Shown: positions 12,190 to 22,174, counted from the first letter of the stretch. The stretch is 64,000 nt of DNA from Allosphingosinicella sp. (GCA_035994965.1 DASYKV010000066.1:2328-66327); one strand, 5' to 3'. Notes: generated by a model not told the origin, from the letters alone. Numbers and translations: made by a program.

Positions 12190-13199
12190 ACCTGGGCGCC
12201 GTCTCTTTCGTTGCGCGGGCCGCGCGCGGCCCGGCTGACCGGATCGCGGGGCAGGAAGCTTCCCGTCGTCACCCTGAGCCAGACCAGGATCGGCGAGGAG
12301 ATGTAGATCGACGAATAGGTGCCGACGAAGATGCCGATGAAGATCGCGATGGTGAGGCCGAAGATCACCTCGGGGCCCAGCAGCAGCAGCGCGCCGAGCG
12401 CGAGCAGGATCGAGATCGAGGTCACCATGGTGCGCGACAGCGTCTCGTTCAGCGAGAGGTTGAGCAGCGGCACGATCTCCATCTTACGGTATTTGCGCAG
12501 ATTCTCGCGAATCCGGTCGTAGATGACGACGGTGTCGTTGAGCGAATAGCCGACGATGGTGAGGATCGCCGCGACCACGTTGAGGTTGAACTCGAGCTGG
12601 GTCAGCGAGAAGAAGCCCAACGTCATCCAGACGTCGTGGAACAGGGTGACCAGGGCGCCGATTCCGAACTGCCATTCGAACCTGATCCAGATGAAGATGG
12701 CGATGCCGAGCATTGCGAGCCCGACCGCAAGCGCGCCCGAGCGGTACAATTCCTGCGACACCTTGCCCGAGACGCTGTCGACCGAGCTGATCGTCGCGCC
12801 CGGATAATTGGTCGCGATCATCTGCCGCACCTTCTGGGTCGCGGCGATGGCGGCGGCGTCGCCGCCCTCCGGCCGCGGCGTGCGGATCACGTAATCTGAC
12901 TGGTTCGCGCGCCGCGCGTCGGCGGCGATCTCGACCGCGCTCGCGCGGGTCTCCTGGATCGAGGCTTCGCCGATGCCGAGCGCGTTGGCCCGGTCGCGAA
13001 GCTCGTCGAGCTGGGGCGGGTTCGCGAAGGCGACCCTAACGCTCTGCCCGCCGATGAAGTCGACGCCGAGATTGAGCCCGCGCGTGAAGACGAGCGCGAT
13101 CGCCGCCGCGGTGACGAGGATCGAGATCAGCAGCGCCCAATTGCGCCAGCGCATGAAATCGAGGTTGGTGTTGTCGGGGACGAGCTTCAGCAGGCGCAT
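12186..13199 (-). CDS. secF: Protein translocase subunit SecF
   Basis: GVDFIGG, GYSLNDTVVIYDRIREN and GTYSSIYI motifs. Confidence 0.97.
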   Translation of the reverse strand: MRLLKLVPDNTNLDFMRWRNWALLISILVTAAAIALVFTRGLNLGVDFIGGQSVRVAFANPPQLDELRDRANALGIGEASIQETRASAVEIAADARRANQSDYVIRTPRPEGGDAAAIAATQKVRQMIATNYPGATISSVDSVSGKVSQELYRSGALAVGLAMLGIAIFIWIRFEWQFGIGALVTLFHDVWMTLGFFSLTQLEFNLNVVAAILTIVGYSLNDTVVIYDRIRENLRKYRKMEIVPLLNLSLNETLSRTMVTSISILLALGALLLLGPEVIFGLTIAIFIGIFVGTYSSIYISSPILVWLRVTTGSFLPRDPVSRAARGPRNERDGAQV

Positions 13200-13209
13200 C
13201 GTGCGGTCC

Positions 13210-14793
13210 TCAAATATGCAGTTCTTTGGGCCGCGATCTGCGGACCCAGAGGGCGACGAACATGCGCGTGACGTTGACCGCGGTGAACACCGAGGTGACG
13301 ATGCCGATCATCAGCACCACCGCGAAGCCGCGGATCGGGCCCGAGCCGAAATAGAACATCAGGACGGCAGCGATGACGTTGGTGACGTTGGCGTCGAAGA
13401 TCGCCGTCGAGGCCTCGCGATAGCCCGATTCGAGCGCATCGTGCAGCCTTCGCCCTCGTCGCTGCTCCTCGCGTATGCGCTCGTTGATCAGCACGTTGGC
13501 GTCGACCGCGGCGCCGATGGTGAGCACGAAGCCGGCGATCCCGGGCAAGGTCAGGGTCGCGTTGAACAAAGCCATGATGCCGATGATCATCAGGCCGTTC
13601 AGGATCAGCGCGATCGTCGTGTAGACTCCGAACCGGCCGTAGGTGATCAGCATGAACAGGATCACGACCAGGGTGGCGACGATCGAGGCGACGACGCCGC
13701 TGCGAATCGAATCCGCGCCCAATTCGGCGCCGACGCTGCGCTCCTCGACCACGCGCAGCTCGACCGGCAGGCGCCCGGAGCGCAGCGAGATGGCGAGCTG
13801 GTTGGCGGTCTCGACTGTGAAGCTGCCCGAGATCGAGGCGGTGCCGCCCAGGATCGGCTCGCGGATGTTGGGCGCGGAGATGACGACATTGTCGAGGATG
13901 ATCGCGAAACGCTTGTTGACGTTGGACTGGGTCACGCGCGCGAAGCTGCGGCTGCCGGTATTGTCGAAGCTGACCCGGACCGCGGGCAGTCCGCCCTCGT
14001 CGAAATCCTGGACGGCGTTGGCGATCCGTTCGCCGGTGATGATCGCGCGCCGCTGGACCGCGATGCACGTATTCGGGCCGCCTTCGGCATAAGGCAGCAC
14101 CTGGCTGCCGGGCGGCGGGCGGGTCTGGCAGGTGAGATTGGGGATATCCGAGACCAGTTTGAACTCAAGCCGGGCGGTGCGGCCGATCAGCCGCTTCAGC
14201 CCCTCGGGGTCCTGAAGGCCGGGGACCTGGACCAGGATTCGGTTGAAGCCCTGGCGGGTGATCGAGGGCTCGAGCGTGCCGAGCGCGTTGATTCGGCGGT
14301 CGATGACGTCGCGCGCCACCTCCATCGCCTGCTTGATCGCCTCGTCTATGCCGACCTGGGTCTGGCGCATCGTCACCCGGCGGCCATCGCTGACCGAGAC
14401 CGTCCAGTCGGCGCCGCCGAAGCCGACCTGGCCGACCTGGGCGTTGGCCTGCTGGGTCGCCTGGCCGACCTGGGCGGGGTCGGTGACGAGGAAGCTGACC
14501 TCGCCATTGGCCGCCGCCAGCTGGCTGACCTGGATCGAGTTGCGGGTGAAGGTCGAGCGCAGCAGATCTTCCATCTGCTCGCCGCGCTGCTTGGCGACGT
14601 CCTGGACCTGCGCCTCGAGCTGCAGCTGGCTGCCGCCGGCGAGATCGAGGCCGAGATTGACGTGGATCGCCTGCACGAAGCGCGGCAGATAGGCCGAGGC
14701 GGACGCGGGCAGGAAGCTCGGGATCGCCAGCAGCACGCCGAGCGCGCAGATCAGGCTGATGCCCCAGATCTTCCAGCGGGGGAAGTTCAACAT
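13210..14793 (-). CDS. secD: Protein translocase subunit SecD
   Basis: LGLDLAGG and AVDANVLINERIREE motifs; start taken at MLNFPRWK. Confidence 0.96.
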   Translation of the reverse strand: MLNFPRWKIWGISLICALGVLLAIPSFLPASASAYLPRFVQAIHVNLGLDLAGGSQLQLEAQVQDVAKQRGEQMEDLLRSTFTRNSIQVSQLAAANGEVSFLVTDPAQVGQATQQANAQVGQVGFGGADWTVSVSDGRRVTMRQTQVGIDEAIKQAMEVARDVIDRRINALGTLEPSITRQGFNRILVQVPGLQDPEGLKRLIGRTARLEFKLVSDIPNLTCQTRPPPGSQVLPYAEGGPNTCIAVQRRAIITGERIANAVQDFDEGGLPAVRVSFDNTGSRSFARVTQSNVNKRFAIILDNVVISAPNIREPILGGTASISGSFTVETANQLAISLRSGRLPVELRVVEERSVGAELGADSIRSGVVASIVATLVVILFMLITYGRFGVYTTIALILNGLMIIGIMALFNATLTLPGIAGFVLTIGAAVDANVLINERIREEQRRGRRLHDALESGYREASTAIFDANVTNVIAAVLMFYFGSGPIRGFAVVLMIGIVTSVFTAVNVTRMFVALWVRRSRPKELHI

Positions 14794-14807
14794 GTGGATC
14801 GGGGCCC

Positions 14808-15137
14808 CTAGTCGTTCGCGGCTTTGGCGCCGTGCGGGCGGATGTCGCTCAGCATCGATTTGACGATTCGAACCTTGACGCCCGTCGCCACCTCGACCTC
14901 GATCTCGTCGTCGTCGACCTTGGTGACCTTGCCGATCAGGCCGCCATTGGTGATCACCGTGTCGCGCGGCTTGACGCCGCCGATCATCGCCTGATGCTGC
15001 TTCATCCTTTTCTGCTGCGGGCGGATCAAAAGGAAGTAGAAGATGACGAAGATGAGGATGAGCGGAAAGATCTGCGCCATGAAGACGCCGGCGCCGCCGC
15101 CGGTCGCGCCCTGTGCATAGGCTGGGGATTCGAACAT
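14808..15137 (-). CDS. yajC: Preprotein translocase subunit YajC
   Basis: FYFLLIRPQQKR and VITNGGLIG motifs; upstream of secDF. Confidence 0.96.
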   Translation of the reverse strand: MFESPAYAQGATGGGAGVFMAQIFPLILIFVIFYFLLIRPQQKRMKQHQAMIGGVKPRDTVITNGGLIGKVTKVDDDEIEVEVATGVKVRIVKSMLSDIRPHGAKAAND

Positions 15138-15257
15138 GTTCGGGCCTCTGGAAAAGGAGACGGCGCGAAGGCGCTCGCCTTTGAAAGCGCGGTGCGCCTA
15201 TCATGGGGACGGCCCGTTGCCAAGGCAAGGTGAACGGTTCGGAAAGGAGACGAAGAG

Positions 15258-15569
15258 ATGATCATCGTGACCGGATATGCGCGATTCGCGGACGGCGAGA
15301 TCGAGCGGCTCAGGCCCGCCCTGGAGGCGAACGTCAAGGCGACCCGCGCCGAAGCCGGCTGCGCGCGCTATTCCTACGCGGTCGACATCGCCGAGCCGGG
15401 CCTCCTCCACATCGCGGAGGAGTGGAGCGACGAAGAGGCGATCGCCGCGCACATGGCGGCGCCGCACATGGCCGATTTGATGGGCGCGCTCGGCACCGCC
15501 AAGCTCGAATCGATCAGCATCAACGCCTATGAGGCGCACTTCCTGAAGACGATCCTGGGCGGCAGCTGA
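15258..15569 (+). CDS. Putative quinol monooxygenase (ABM domain)
   Basis: TRAEAGC..Y, EEW and HMAAPHM motifs; AAGGAG RBS. Confidence 0.88.
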   Translation: MIIVTGYARFADGEIERLRPALEANVKATRAEAGCARYSYAVDIAEPGLLHIAEEWSDEEAIAAHMAAPHMADLMGALGTAKLESISINAYEAHFLKTILGGS

Positions 15570-15577
15570 TCCGCGTC

Positions 15578-15627
15578 GTCATCCCCGCGAAGCTCTCCCT
15601 CGTCATTCGCGTGAAAGCGGGAATGAC
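15578..15627. repeat. Degenerate REP copies
   Basis: gtcatccccgcgaag and gtcattcgcgtgaaagcgggaatgac. Confidence 0.7.
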
Positions 15628-15637
15628 GGGATGGGGC

Positions 15638-16111
15638 CTACCGGGGATAGAGGATGATCAATGTCGACGTCCCGTGGGCGAGCAATTTGCCGTCGCCAGA
15701 GCGCAGATAGGCCTCGGCGGTGGCGATCTGGCGGCCGCGGCTCACCACCCGGCCCTCGCAACGCACCGGCCCGCCGGCGGGATCGATCGCGCGGGTGAAG
15801 TTCACCTTGGTCTCGACCGTCGTATAGCCGATGCCGGCGTCCAGCTCGGTGTGGACGGCGCAGCCGCAGGCGCTGTCGATCAGGGTCAGCGCATAGCCGC
15901 CGTGGACCGAGCCCAAGGGGTTGAGCAGATGCGGCCCGGGCGTTCCCTCGAACAAGGCCCGCCCCTTCTCGACCTCGACCAGCCGGAAGCCCAAAGGCTC
16001 GGCGATCGGCGGCGCCGGCAGCTCGCCCGCGATCATCGCGCGCAGCATCTCGAGGCCGGAGAGATGCTTGATCTGATCGAAGCTGCTGACGCCGTATTTC
16101 ATCGCCGTCAC
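15638..16111 (-). CDS. PaaI family thioesterase
   Basis: NPLGSVHGGYALTLIDSACGCAVHT hotdog-fold motif. Confidence 0.93.
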   Translation of the reverse strand: MTAMKYGVSSFDQIKHLSGLEMLRAMIAGELPAPPIAEPLGFRLVEVEKGRALFEGTPGPHLLNPLGSVHGGYALTLIDSACGCAVHTELDAGIGYTTVETKVNFTRAIDPAGGPVRCEGRVVSRGRQIATAEAYLRSGDGKLLAHGTSTLIILYPR

Positions 16112-16187
16112 CGTTTCGCAGCCGGCGCGGGCAAGTCAACCGCGGCTTGCCTTGCCCCCCGCTCGCGCCTAAATGCCCGCCCTTGGT

Positions 16188-16264
16188 CGGGGCGTAGCGC
16201 AGCCTGGTAGCGCATCACACTGGGGGTGTGGGGGTCGCTGGTTCGAATCCAGTCGCCCCGACCA
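16188..16264 (+). tRNA. tRNA-Pro(GGG)
   Basis: 77-nt cloverleaf CGGGGCGTAGCGCAGCCTGGTAGCGC...CT-GGG-GG...GGTTCGAATCC...CCCCGACCA with encoded CCA. Confidence 0.97.
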
Positions 16265-16266
16265 GC

Positions 16267-16701
16267 TTACAATGCGGGCAGCGTCACGCCTTCCCGCTCA
16301 TTGTCCCAGATCATCGCGACGATCCGCCAGCCGAGCTCCGCGTCCTTGAACAATTGGATCGAGTTGATGCCGCGCCGCTCGGGCGCCGAGTCGCCGGGCG
16401 CGGTGCGCGCTTCGTAGGCGCTCCAGACGTGGGCGATGTTGCCGAACAGGTCGATATGGCGGCCGATCTCCACCTCGTAAAAGTCGTGCTCCGCGAAGAA
16501 GGGCGTGGTGTCGCGGGCGTAATCGTCCAGGCCCATGATCCTGCATTCCGCCCGGCCGTCGGCGCCGATCCAGGTCCGGATCTGCCGCGCCTCGGGGTGG
16601 AAGCAATTGGCCTGGCGCGACCAGTCGCGCGGGCCTTTCGGGCCCGAGATCATCGCATACATTTCGTCGACGGCGGCGCCGATCGCGGCGAGATCGTCCA
16701 T
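16267..16701 (-). CDS. Hypothetical protein, probably NTF2/SnoaL-like
   Basis: [21 protein letters not shown] ... [12 protein letters not shown] ... RGINSIQL; start overlaps the TIR gene stop. Confidence 0.8.
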   Translation of the reverse strand: MDDLAAIGAAVDEMYAMISGPKGPRDWSRQANCFHPEARQIRTWIGADGRAECRIMGLDDYARDTTPFFAEHDFYEVEIGRHIDLFGNIAHVWSAYEARTAPGDSAPERRGINSIQLFKDAELGWRIVAMIWDNEREGVTLPAL

Positions 16702-17258
16702 CAGCGCGCGATCATCGCGGCGACGATGGCGATGGCGATCAGGCCGATCAGCCCGGCGAGCGCGATCGGCAGCCAGGAGGGCGACGGGCCGGGCAGCGGC
16801 GGCAGCGGCCGCGGCGGCATGGTCAGCGGCCGAAGCGGCGCGCCTTCGCCGCCATCGAGCAGCCGGCCGACGATCGCCGTCAGATGATCGAGATGCGGGC
16901 CGAGCGGCGGCTGCAGCGCGTCGAGGCGCGGCGCCCCGCCGATCAGGAAGTCGAGGTCGGCGGGCGGCTCGGTCTCCTCGATCCGGAACGGGACGAAGGC
17001 GAGGCCGGCCTGGGCCGCGCGCTCGGCCTCGCGCCGGACCTGCGCCGATTCGCCGCTCTCCGCCGACATGATCAGCAGGAAGATCTTGCACGCGCCGATC
17101 GCCTCGACGCCGGCCGCGCCGCCCTGGGCGCCGACCGCTGCGTCGCGATGGGCGACCCAGCACAGGTGGCCGGCGCGCTCGATCGCGTCGCAGACCGCCT
17201 CTGCGACGGCCCGGTCCTTGGCGCCATGGCTGATGAAAACGTCGTGGGACACCCGCAA
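16701..17258 (-). CDS. TIR_2-domain protein with a C-terminal TM helix
   Basis: DVFISH..KD..A...C..IE..G..CW, FLLIMS..S..S.QV..E motifs; Pro linker then WLPIALAGLIGLIAIAIVAAMIAR. Confidence 0.82.
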   Translation of the reverse strand: MRVSHDVFISHGAKDRAVAEAVCDAIERAGHLCWVAHRDAAVGAQGGAAGVEAIGACKIFLLIMSAESGESAQVRREAERAAQAGLAFVPFRIEETEPPADLDFLIGGAPRLDALQPPLGPHLDHLTAIVGRLLDGGEGAPLRPLTMPPRPLPPLPGPSPSWLPIALAGLIGLIAIAIVAAMIAR

Positions 17259-17304
17259 AACCCCTTGCGGCCTTCTTAGGTCGATCGTTTCGGATCCGCC
17301 AGCC

Positions 17305-19842
17305 TCAGGCCTGCTCGCGCTCCGCCCGTAGCACCGGGCCGTAGAGGCGGCCGATGCCGATCAGCGCGATTCCGAGGACGAGGAAGGAGAGGATTCGCAG
17401 CACCCCCTCGAGATCGGAGGCGTCGATCAGGAAGACCTTGACGATGGTCGCGGTCAGCAGAACCAGGCCGGCGAGCCTCAGCGCCTTGTCGGGCAGGCGG
17501 ATGCCGGCGAGGATCAGGGCGATCGCAACGACGAGCCCGGCCAGCGAATAGCCATAGGCCTCAGCGGTCGGCATATCGGCGCCGCCGGTCAGGATCGGCC
17601 CGTGAAAGGCCTGGCGCACCAGCAGGGCGATGCCGGCGATCAGCGCCAGCAGGAAGGCCGCAAGCCACAGGCCCGAGCGGGTCGCCGCCGCCGCCCGCCG
17701 CCGCGCCGCGTAGAGCCAGGCGGCGCTGAGCAGGAAAGCGGGAAGGATCAGGTTGAGCACCGGAACCGTGCCGACCCACTGATCGGCCCAGAGCGGATTG
17801 TGGAGGACCATGTCGAACCAGACGAGGCGCGCCGCCGCCACGATCGTCAGCATGGTCCCGCCGAGCCGGGCCAGATCGGGCTCGATCCGGGGCGGCTTAA
17901 CGATGCCGGCGGCGAGCAGCCAGCCGGCGGCGAACAAGGCCTGGGTGATGATCGTGCGCTCGATCAGGCCGCGCGCGACGAAATCCTCCTGGCCGGCGAG
18001 GCCGAACGCCTGCTTGAACCAGATGTAGAGCGCCGCCAGAGCGAACAGCCCGGCGACCAAAGGCAGGCCGCGCCGGGCGCCGAGCGGCAGCGGCGGCAGC
18101 ACGAAGCGGATCGCGATCAGCAGGATCGCGGGGACGGCGAACGTGGTCAGCGCCGTCGTCGAATTCGGCAGATAGGCGGCGAGCGCCGGAAAGCCGAGCA
18201 GGCTCTCCGTCGCGGTGGCGGAGAGCGATGGGGCCATCCACAGGCTGCGCAGCACCGCGACGATTCCGGCGAGCATGGCGACCGTGCCGAGCGCCAAATC
18301 GCCGAACCGCCGCGCCGCCAGCGCCGCGCCGAGCGCCACCGCGAGCCAGCCCGCCGCCACCCAGTCGGGCGCCGCCAGGTCCCAGATCGCGGCGCCCGCC
18401 AGCGCCGCGGCCGCCGCGCCCGCGATCAGCAGAGCGAGGTCCGCGGGCGCCTTGTCGCTCGCCCGCGTCCGGCTCGCCCAGACGAGGAAGACCGGCCCCA
18501 GAGCGAGCAAAGCCGCAAGCGCCCCCCAGGCCGGCCGGTCGAGCAACTCGGGGCGCAGGGTCCGCGCAATCAGCAGCGGCCCGGCGAAGCCCGCCGAGGC
18601 GAGGCCGGTCCACAGGGTCTCGCGCTTGCGCCAAGCCAAAGCCAGCCCGCCGGCGCCGAACAGGGCCGTGATCCCCATCGCCGCGGCCGGGACCCATTCG
18701 TCCTGGCCGGTCGCCGCCTTGGCGCCGAGCAGCACCAAGGCGAACGCCAAAGCCAGCGGCGGCGCCGCCAGACAGTCGCGGCGCATCGCGGCCAGAGCGA
18801 GGCTTGCCGCGCTCAAGCCGGCGAACAGGCCCCAGGCCGGCGCGCCGAGATCGGTGCGCGCGACCAGCAAGGCGAGCTGGACGATGCCGATGGCGAGCGG
18901 CTGGATCAGCACGAGCTGCCGCCCGGCCCCGGGCCTGACCAGCGCGGCGGCCAAAGCGAGCATCGCCACGAATCCGCCCGCATAGAGGGCGTCGCGCCCG
19001 CCTGGCTGGGCGATCAGGAAGCCGGTCCACAGGAAGCTCAGCACCGCCGCCGCCGCCGCCAGCCAGGTCCAGCCGCGCCGCCAGGCGAGCAGGAACAAAG
19101 CGATGTCGAGCAACGCCAGATAAGCGAGCAAAGGCAGGGCCCCCGCCTCCGGATCGCCGACCAGGAGCGGCGTCAGGAAGCCGCCGACCAGGCCCATCAC
19201 CGCCGTCGCCGCGCCGTGCCGAAGCGACAGCCCAAGGGCCGTCCCGGTCACGATCAGCATCGCCGCCGACGCCACCTGCGAATCGATCAAGGCGTGCAGC
19301 CGGTAGCTGCCGTAGAAGGTGGCGTAGAGCACTGCGATGCCCGCGCCGGCCAAGGCCTGGGCGATCCTGGGATCGTCGGCGAGCCTGCCCCCGCGCGCAT
19401 ATTCGCCGGCGCCGATCAGGACCAGGCCGAACAGGCCGGCGGCCACCATCCGCGCCGCCGGGGTCATCAGGCCGATGTCGATCGAATAACGGATCAGGAA
19501 CACCGCCGCGAGCACCAGAGCGATGCCGCCGAGCCAGATCAGCAGCCGTCCGGCGACCAGCCGCTCGAACAGGCCGCCCAGGGTCTCGGCGGGCGCGGGC
19601 GCGCCCTCCTCGACCGCCGGCGCGGGCTCGGGCGTCCATTCGAACGCCACCGGTTGCGGCCGCGCGGGCGCGGGCTCGGTTTTGGCCGGCGAGTGCAGCG
19701 GCGGGGGCACCGGCGAGGGCGCCCCGTCTTCGAGCGCATCGAGTCGCAATTCCAGCCGGATGAGCCGGGTCCGCAAGCTCTGGTTGGCGAGAAACAGCAG
19801 CAGCACCGCCAGCAGCAAAATGGGAATGAGGAATTCCATCAA
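17305..19842 (-). CDS. DUF2339 family large membrane protein
   Basis: RLLIWLGGIALVLAAVFLIRYS and C-terminal KVFLIDASDLEGVLRILSFLVLG motifs. Confidence 0.9.
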   Translation of the reverse strand: MMEFLIPILLLAVLLLFLANQSLRTRLIRLELRLDALEDGAPSPVPPPLHSPAKTEPAPARPQPVAFEWTPEPAPAVEEGAPAPAETLGGLFERLVAGRLLIWLGGIALVLAAVFLIRYSIDIGLMTPAARMVAAGLFGLVLIGAGEYARGGRLADDPRIAQALAGAGIAVLYATFYGSYRLHALIDSQVASAAMLIVTGTALGLSLRHGAATAVMGLVGGFLTPLLVGDPEAGALPLLAYLALLDIALFLLAWRRGWTWLAAAAAVLSFLWTGFLIAQPGGRDALYAGGFVAMLALAAALVRPGAGRQLVLIQPLAIGIVQLALLVARTDLGAPAWGLFAGLSAASLALAAMRRDCLAAPPLALAFALVLLGAKAATGQDEWVPAAAMGITALFGAGGLALAWRKRETLWTGLASAGFAGPLLIARTLRPELLDRPAWGALAALLALGPVFLVWASRTRASDKAPADLALLIAGAAAAALAGAAIWDLAAPDWVAAGWLAVALGAALAARRFGDLALGTVAMLAGIVAVLRSLWMAPSLSATATESLLGFPALAAYLPNSTTALTTFAVPAILLIAIRFVLPPLPLGARRGLPLVAGLFALAALYIWFKQAFGLAGQEDFVARGLIERTIITQALFAAGWLLAAGIVKPPRIEPDLARLGGTMLTIVAAARLVWFDMVLHNPLWADQWVGTVPVLNLILPAFLLSAAWLYAARRRAAAATRSGLWLAAFLLALIAGIALLVRQAFHGPILTGGADMPTAEAYGYSLAGLVVAIALILAGIRLPDKALRLAGLVLLTATIVKVFLIDASDLEGVLRILSFLVLGIALIGIGRLYGPVLRAEREQA

Positions 19843-19900
19843 GGACCTAGCTAGACGCTGGCGCCGGACGTGTCAGCCTGCTTTCCCTCCCCCTGGGGAG

Positions 19901-21571
19901 TCAGATGCGCGACAAGGGCACCTCGGTCACCTCGCCGGCCCAGAGCGCGCGCGCCCGGGCGAGGTTGCGGTCGGCGGTGGCGATGTCGCCGGCGGCGCGG
20001 TCGGCCAGCGACAGCAGGTAGAGCGCGAGCGCGTCGTTCGGCCAGCTCCTCAGCGAGACGTAGAGCTGCGCCCGGGCGCTCAGATGGTCGCCGCTCGCCA
20101 GCATCGCCGCGCCCAGGCTCCGGCGCACCGAATACCAGAAGAGCGGCGGATCGCCGCCGAAGTCGGAGGCGAGCTGGCGCTCCATCGCCTTGCGATAGGC
20201 GGCCGCCGCCAGGCCGGGATCGCCGGCCAGCATCGCCGCGCGCCCCTCCAGCACATATTGGAAGACCTCCGCGAGCTGGTCGCCGCGCCGCCCGAGCCCC
20301 GGCGAATCGCGCCCGGCCCGAAGCGCGGCGATCGCCGCCGCCTCGGCGCGCACCGCCGCCGCATCGCCGCGCCGCGCCAGCGCCTCGCCGCGCGCATAAT
20401 GGCGCTGCGCCCGATCGAAGACGTTGGCCGGATCGGGGATCGCCAGCACCGCCGCGACATCGTCGTGGAGGCCGCGCGCATAGAAGGTCGCGGCACCGAG
20501 AACCCGGACTCGCCCATCGACCTCGCCGGTCAGATAGGTCTGGCGGAACTGGCCGGAGACGGCGAGCGCGGTGCCGCCGTCGCCGCGGGCGAGCGCGCTT
20601 TCGATCGCGAAGTGCATATTGTGGGCGAGCAGCCCGACGCGATAGTCCGACGCCGCCGGCCGCGCCCGAAGCACGAACGCCCGGTCGGCGGCGATCGCGG
20701 CGACGTTGACCGCGGCCGCGTCCCGATAGCGGCCGACCCCGAAGAAGCTGTGCGAGGGCATGTGGACGAGATGGCTCGCCGCCGGCGCGATCCCGCCGAG
20801 CCGCTCGGCATAAGGCACGGCGAGCTCCTGCCGGTCGATCCAGTCGGTCAGGTGGATGTAATAGTGGATGGCGCCGCCATGGTTCGGGCTGCGCGCCAGC
20901 ACCCGCTCGAGCAGCTGCTGCGCCAGCGATCCCGGCGGCGGCTTGGTCTCGCCCCAGGCGACCATGCGCGCGTCGGCGGCCATGATCGCGAGCGTGTCGT
21001 CGCCCGGCATGAGCAGCGCCGCGCCCTCCATGTAGGTGGCATAAGCCTCGTTGCTGAAGTCGGCGCCGGGGCGGGTGCGGATCTCCATGCCGCGAAGGAT
21101 CAGGCGGTCGCGCGCGCCGAGCCGCCCGGCGAGGCCGGCGGCGCGGGCGACGGCGGCGCGCGCCGCGGCCAGCTCGGGCGTGCGCGGCGAAAGGTTGATC
21201 GTCGGCCCGCGCGCCCAGGCCTCGCCGAGCTGGCACATCGCGCAATTGGGATCGAGCCGCTGCGCCATCTGGAAGGCGCGGATCGCCTCAACCTCGTCGA
21301 ACGCCCAGATCAGCCGCACCCCTTGCGCGAACCAGGCGCGCGCTTCGGCATTGGCGCTGTCCGGCTCGATCCCGGCAAAACCGAGCCCGTCGAGAAGCAC
21401 CGGCGGCGGCGGCGCCGCCGCGGCCGCCTGGGCCCCGACCGGGACGAGACAGTCTTCCGCGGGCGCTTCGGGCGCGCGCCAGGTCGCGTCGCGGCTCGCC
21501 ACGGCCGGCCAGGCGGTGACCCCGAACGCCGCCGCCAGCCATGCCGCCCGCCTCGCCGCGATCCAGTCCAT
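19901..21571 (-). CDS. TPR-rich exported hypothetical protein
   Basis: AWFAQG..LIWAFD..EA, P.H.GA.HYYIH and SHL.HMPSH motifs; N-terminal RR plus hydrophobic stretch. Confidence 0.8.
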   Translation of the reverse strand: MDWIAARRAAWLAAAFGVTAWPAVASRDATWRAPEAPAEDCLVPVGAQAAAAAPPPPVLLDGLGFAGIEPDSANAEARAWFAQGVRLIWAFDEVEAIRAFQMAQRLDPNCAMCQLGEAWARGPTINLSPRTPELAAARAAVARAAGLAGRLGARDRLILRGMEIRTRPGADFSNEAYATYMEGAALLMPGDDTLAIMAADARMVAWGETKPPPGSLAQQLLERVLARSPNHGGAIHYYIHLTDWIDRQELAVPYAERLGGIAPAASHLVHMPSHSFFGVGRYRDAAAVNVAAIAADRAFVLRARPAASDYRVGLLAHNMHFAIESALARGDGGTALAVSGQFRQTYLTGEVDGRVRVLGAATFYARGLHDDVAAVLAIPDPANVFDRAQRHYARGEALARRGDAAAVRAEAAAIAALRAGRDSPGLGRRGDQLAEVFQYVLEGRAAMLAGDPGLAAAAYRKAMERQLASDFGGDPPLFWYSVRRSLGAAMLASGDHLSARAQLYVSLRSWPNDALALYLLSLADRAAGDIATADRNLARARALWAGEVTEVPLSRI

Positions 21572-21661
21572 CTCCGGTCTCCCCTTGCGCGCAGTCTAGC
21601 CAGCCTCGGCCCGCGAAAAAACAGCTTTCCTACACAGTGCCCATTTGGTTATCGTTCTCAT

Positions 21662-21850
21662 ATGGAAATCACCGGAGCCATCCCCTCGATTCGTTTGCTG
21701 AGGCGCGCGCTCAACGCCCTCAACCGCGGCCACGTCCCAAGCCTGCCCCTCGACGGCGGGCCGGACCGGCGCACCGCCGCCGCGCTTCGGGCGCTGCTGG
21801 CGCGGCGCGGTCCGGTCGCGCTTCGGCGGGCGATCGACGCCCTTCGCTGA
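21662..21850 (+). pseudogene. Peptidoglycan-binding (PG_binding_3-like) fragment of a GH108-type lysozyme
   Basis: LLRRALNALNRG...LPLDG..D..T.AALRALLARRG resembles the GH108 C-terminal domain; no catalytic domain upstream. Confidence 0.55.
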
Positions 21851-21907
21851 ATTTCACCGCAATTTCGCGCGCACGTACCGGCACTTTTGTAACCTTCGGA
21901 GAGTGAA

Positions 21908-22174
21908 ATGACCGACGACCAACCCCGCTCCCAGCCCGATCCGATCCGCGCCGCCCTGGCGATCGTCGCTTTGGTCGGCGGCCTTGGCGGCATGGCCGGC
22001 CTCTATTTCGTCCCAATCCCCGAGGGCAATCGCGAGCCGTTGCTGCTCGCTTTGGGCCTCGTGCTCGGCTGGGGCAGCACGGTCATCGGCTATGAGTTCG
22101 GCTCCTCGCCGACCGCCCGGCGCGCGGCCGATGCCGGCATCAGGTTGCAGGGCGGGGCCGACGCTCCCAAATAG
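21908..22174 (+). CDS. Small holin-like membrane protein
   Basis: Two TM helices with an IPEGNRE loop and a YEFGSS motif, as in phage lysis-cassette membrane proteins. Confidence 0.6.
   Translation: MTDDQPRSQPDPIRAALAIVALVGGLGGMAGLYFVPIPEGNREPLLLALGLVLGWGSTVIGYEFGSSPTARRAADAGIRLQGGADAPK

Noticed and set aside
17602-19854. Long antisense or alternative-frame ORFs (also 43869-46763, 41691-43646, 12973-14811 and many others)
   Set aside because: These are shadow ORFs of high-GC genes. They are Arg/Gly/Pro-rich with no motifs and overlap well-supported CDSs.
21640-21662. LexA box upstream of the PG-binding fragment
   Set aside because: Only one GTTC half-site; the GTTC-N7-GTTC spacing is not met.
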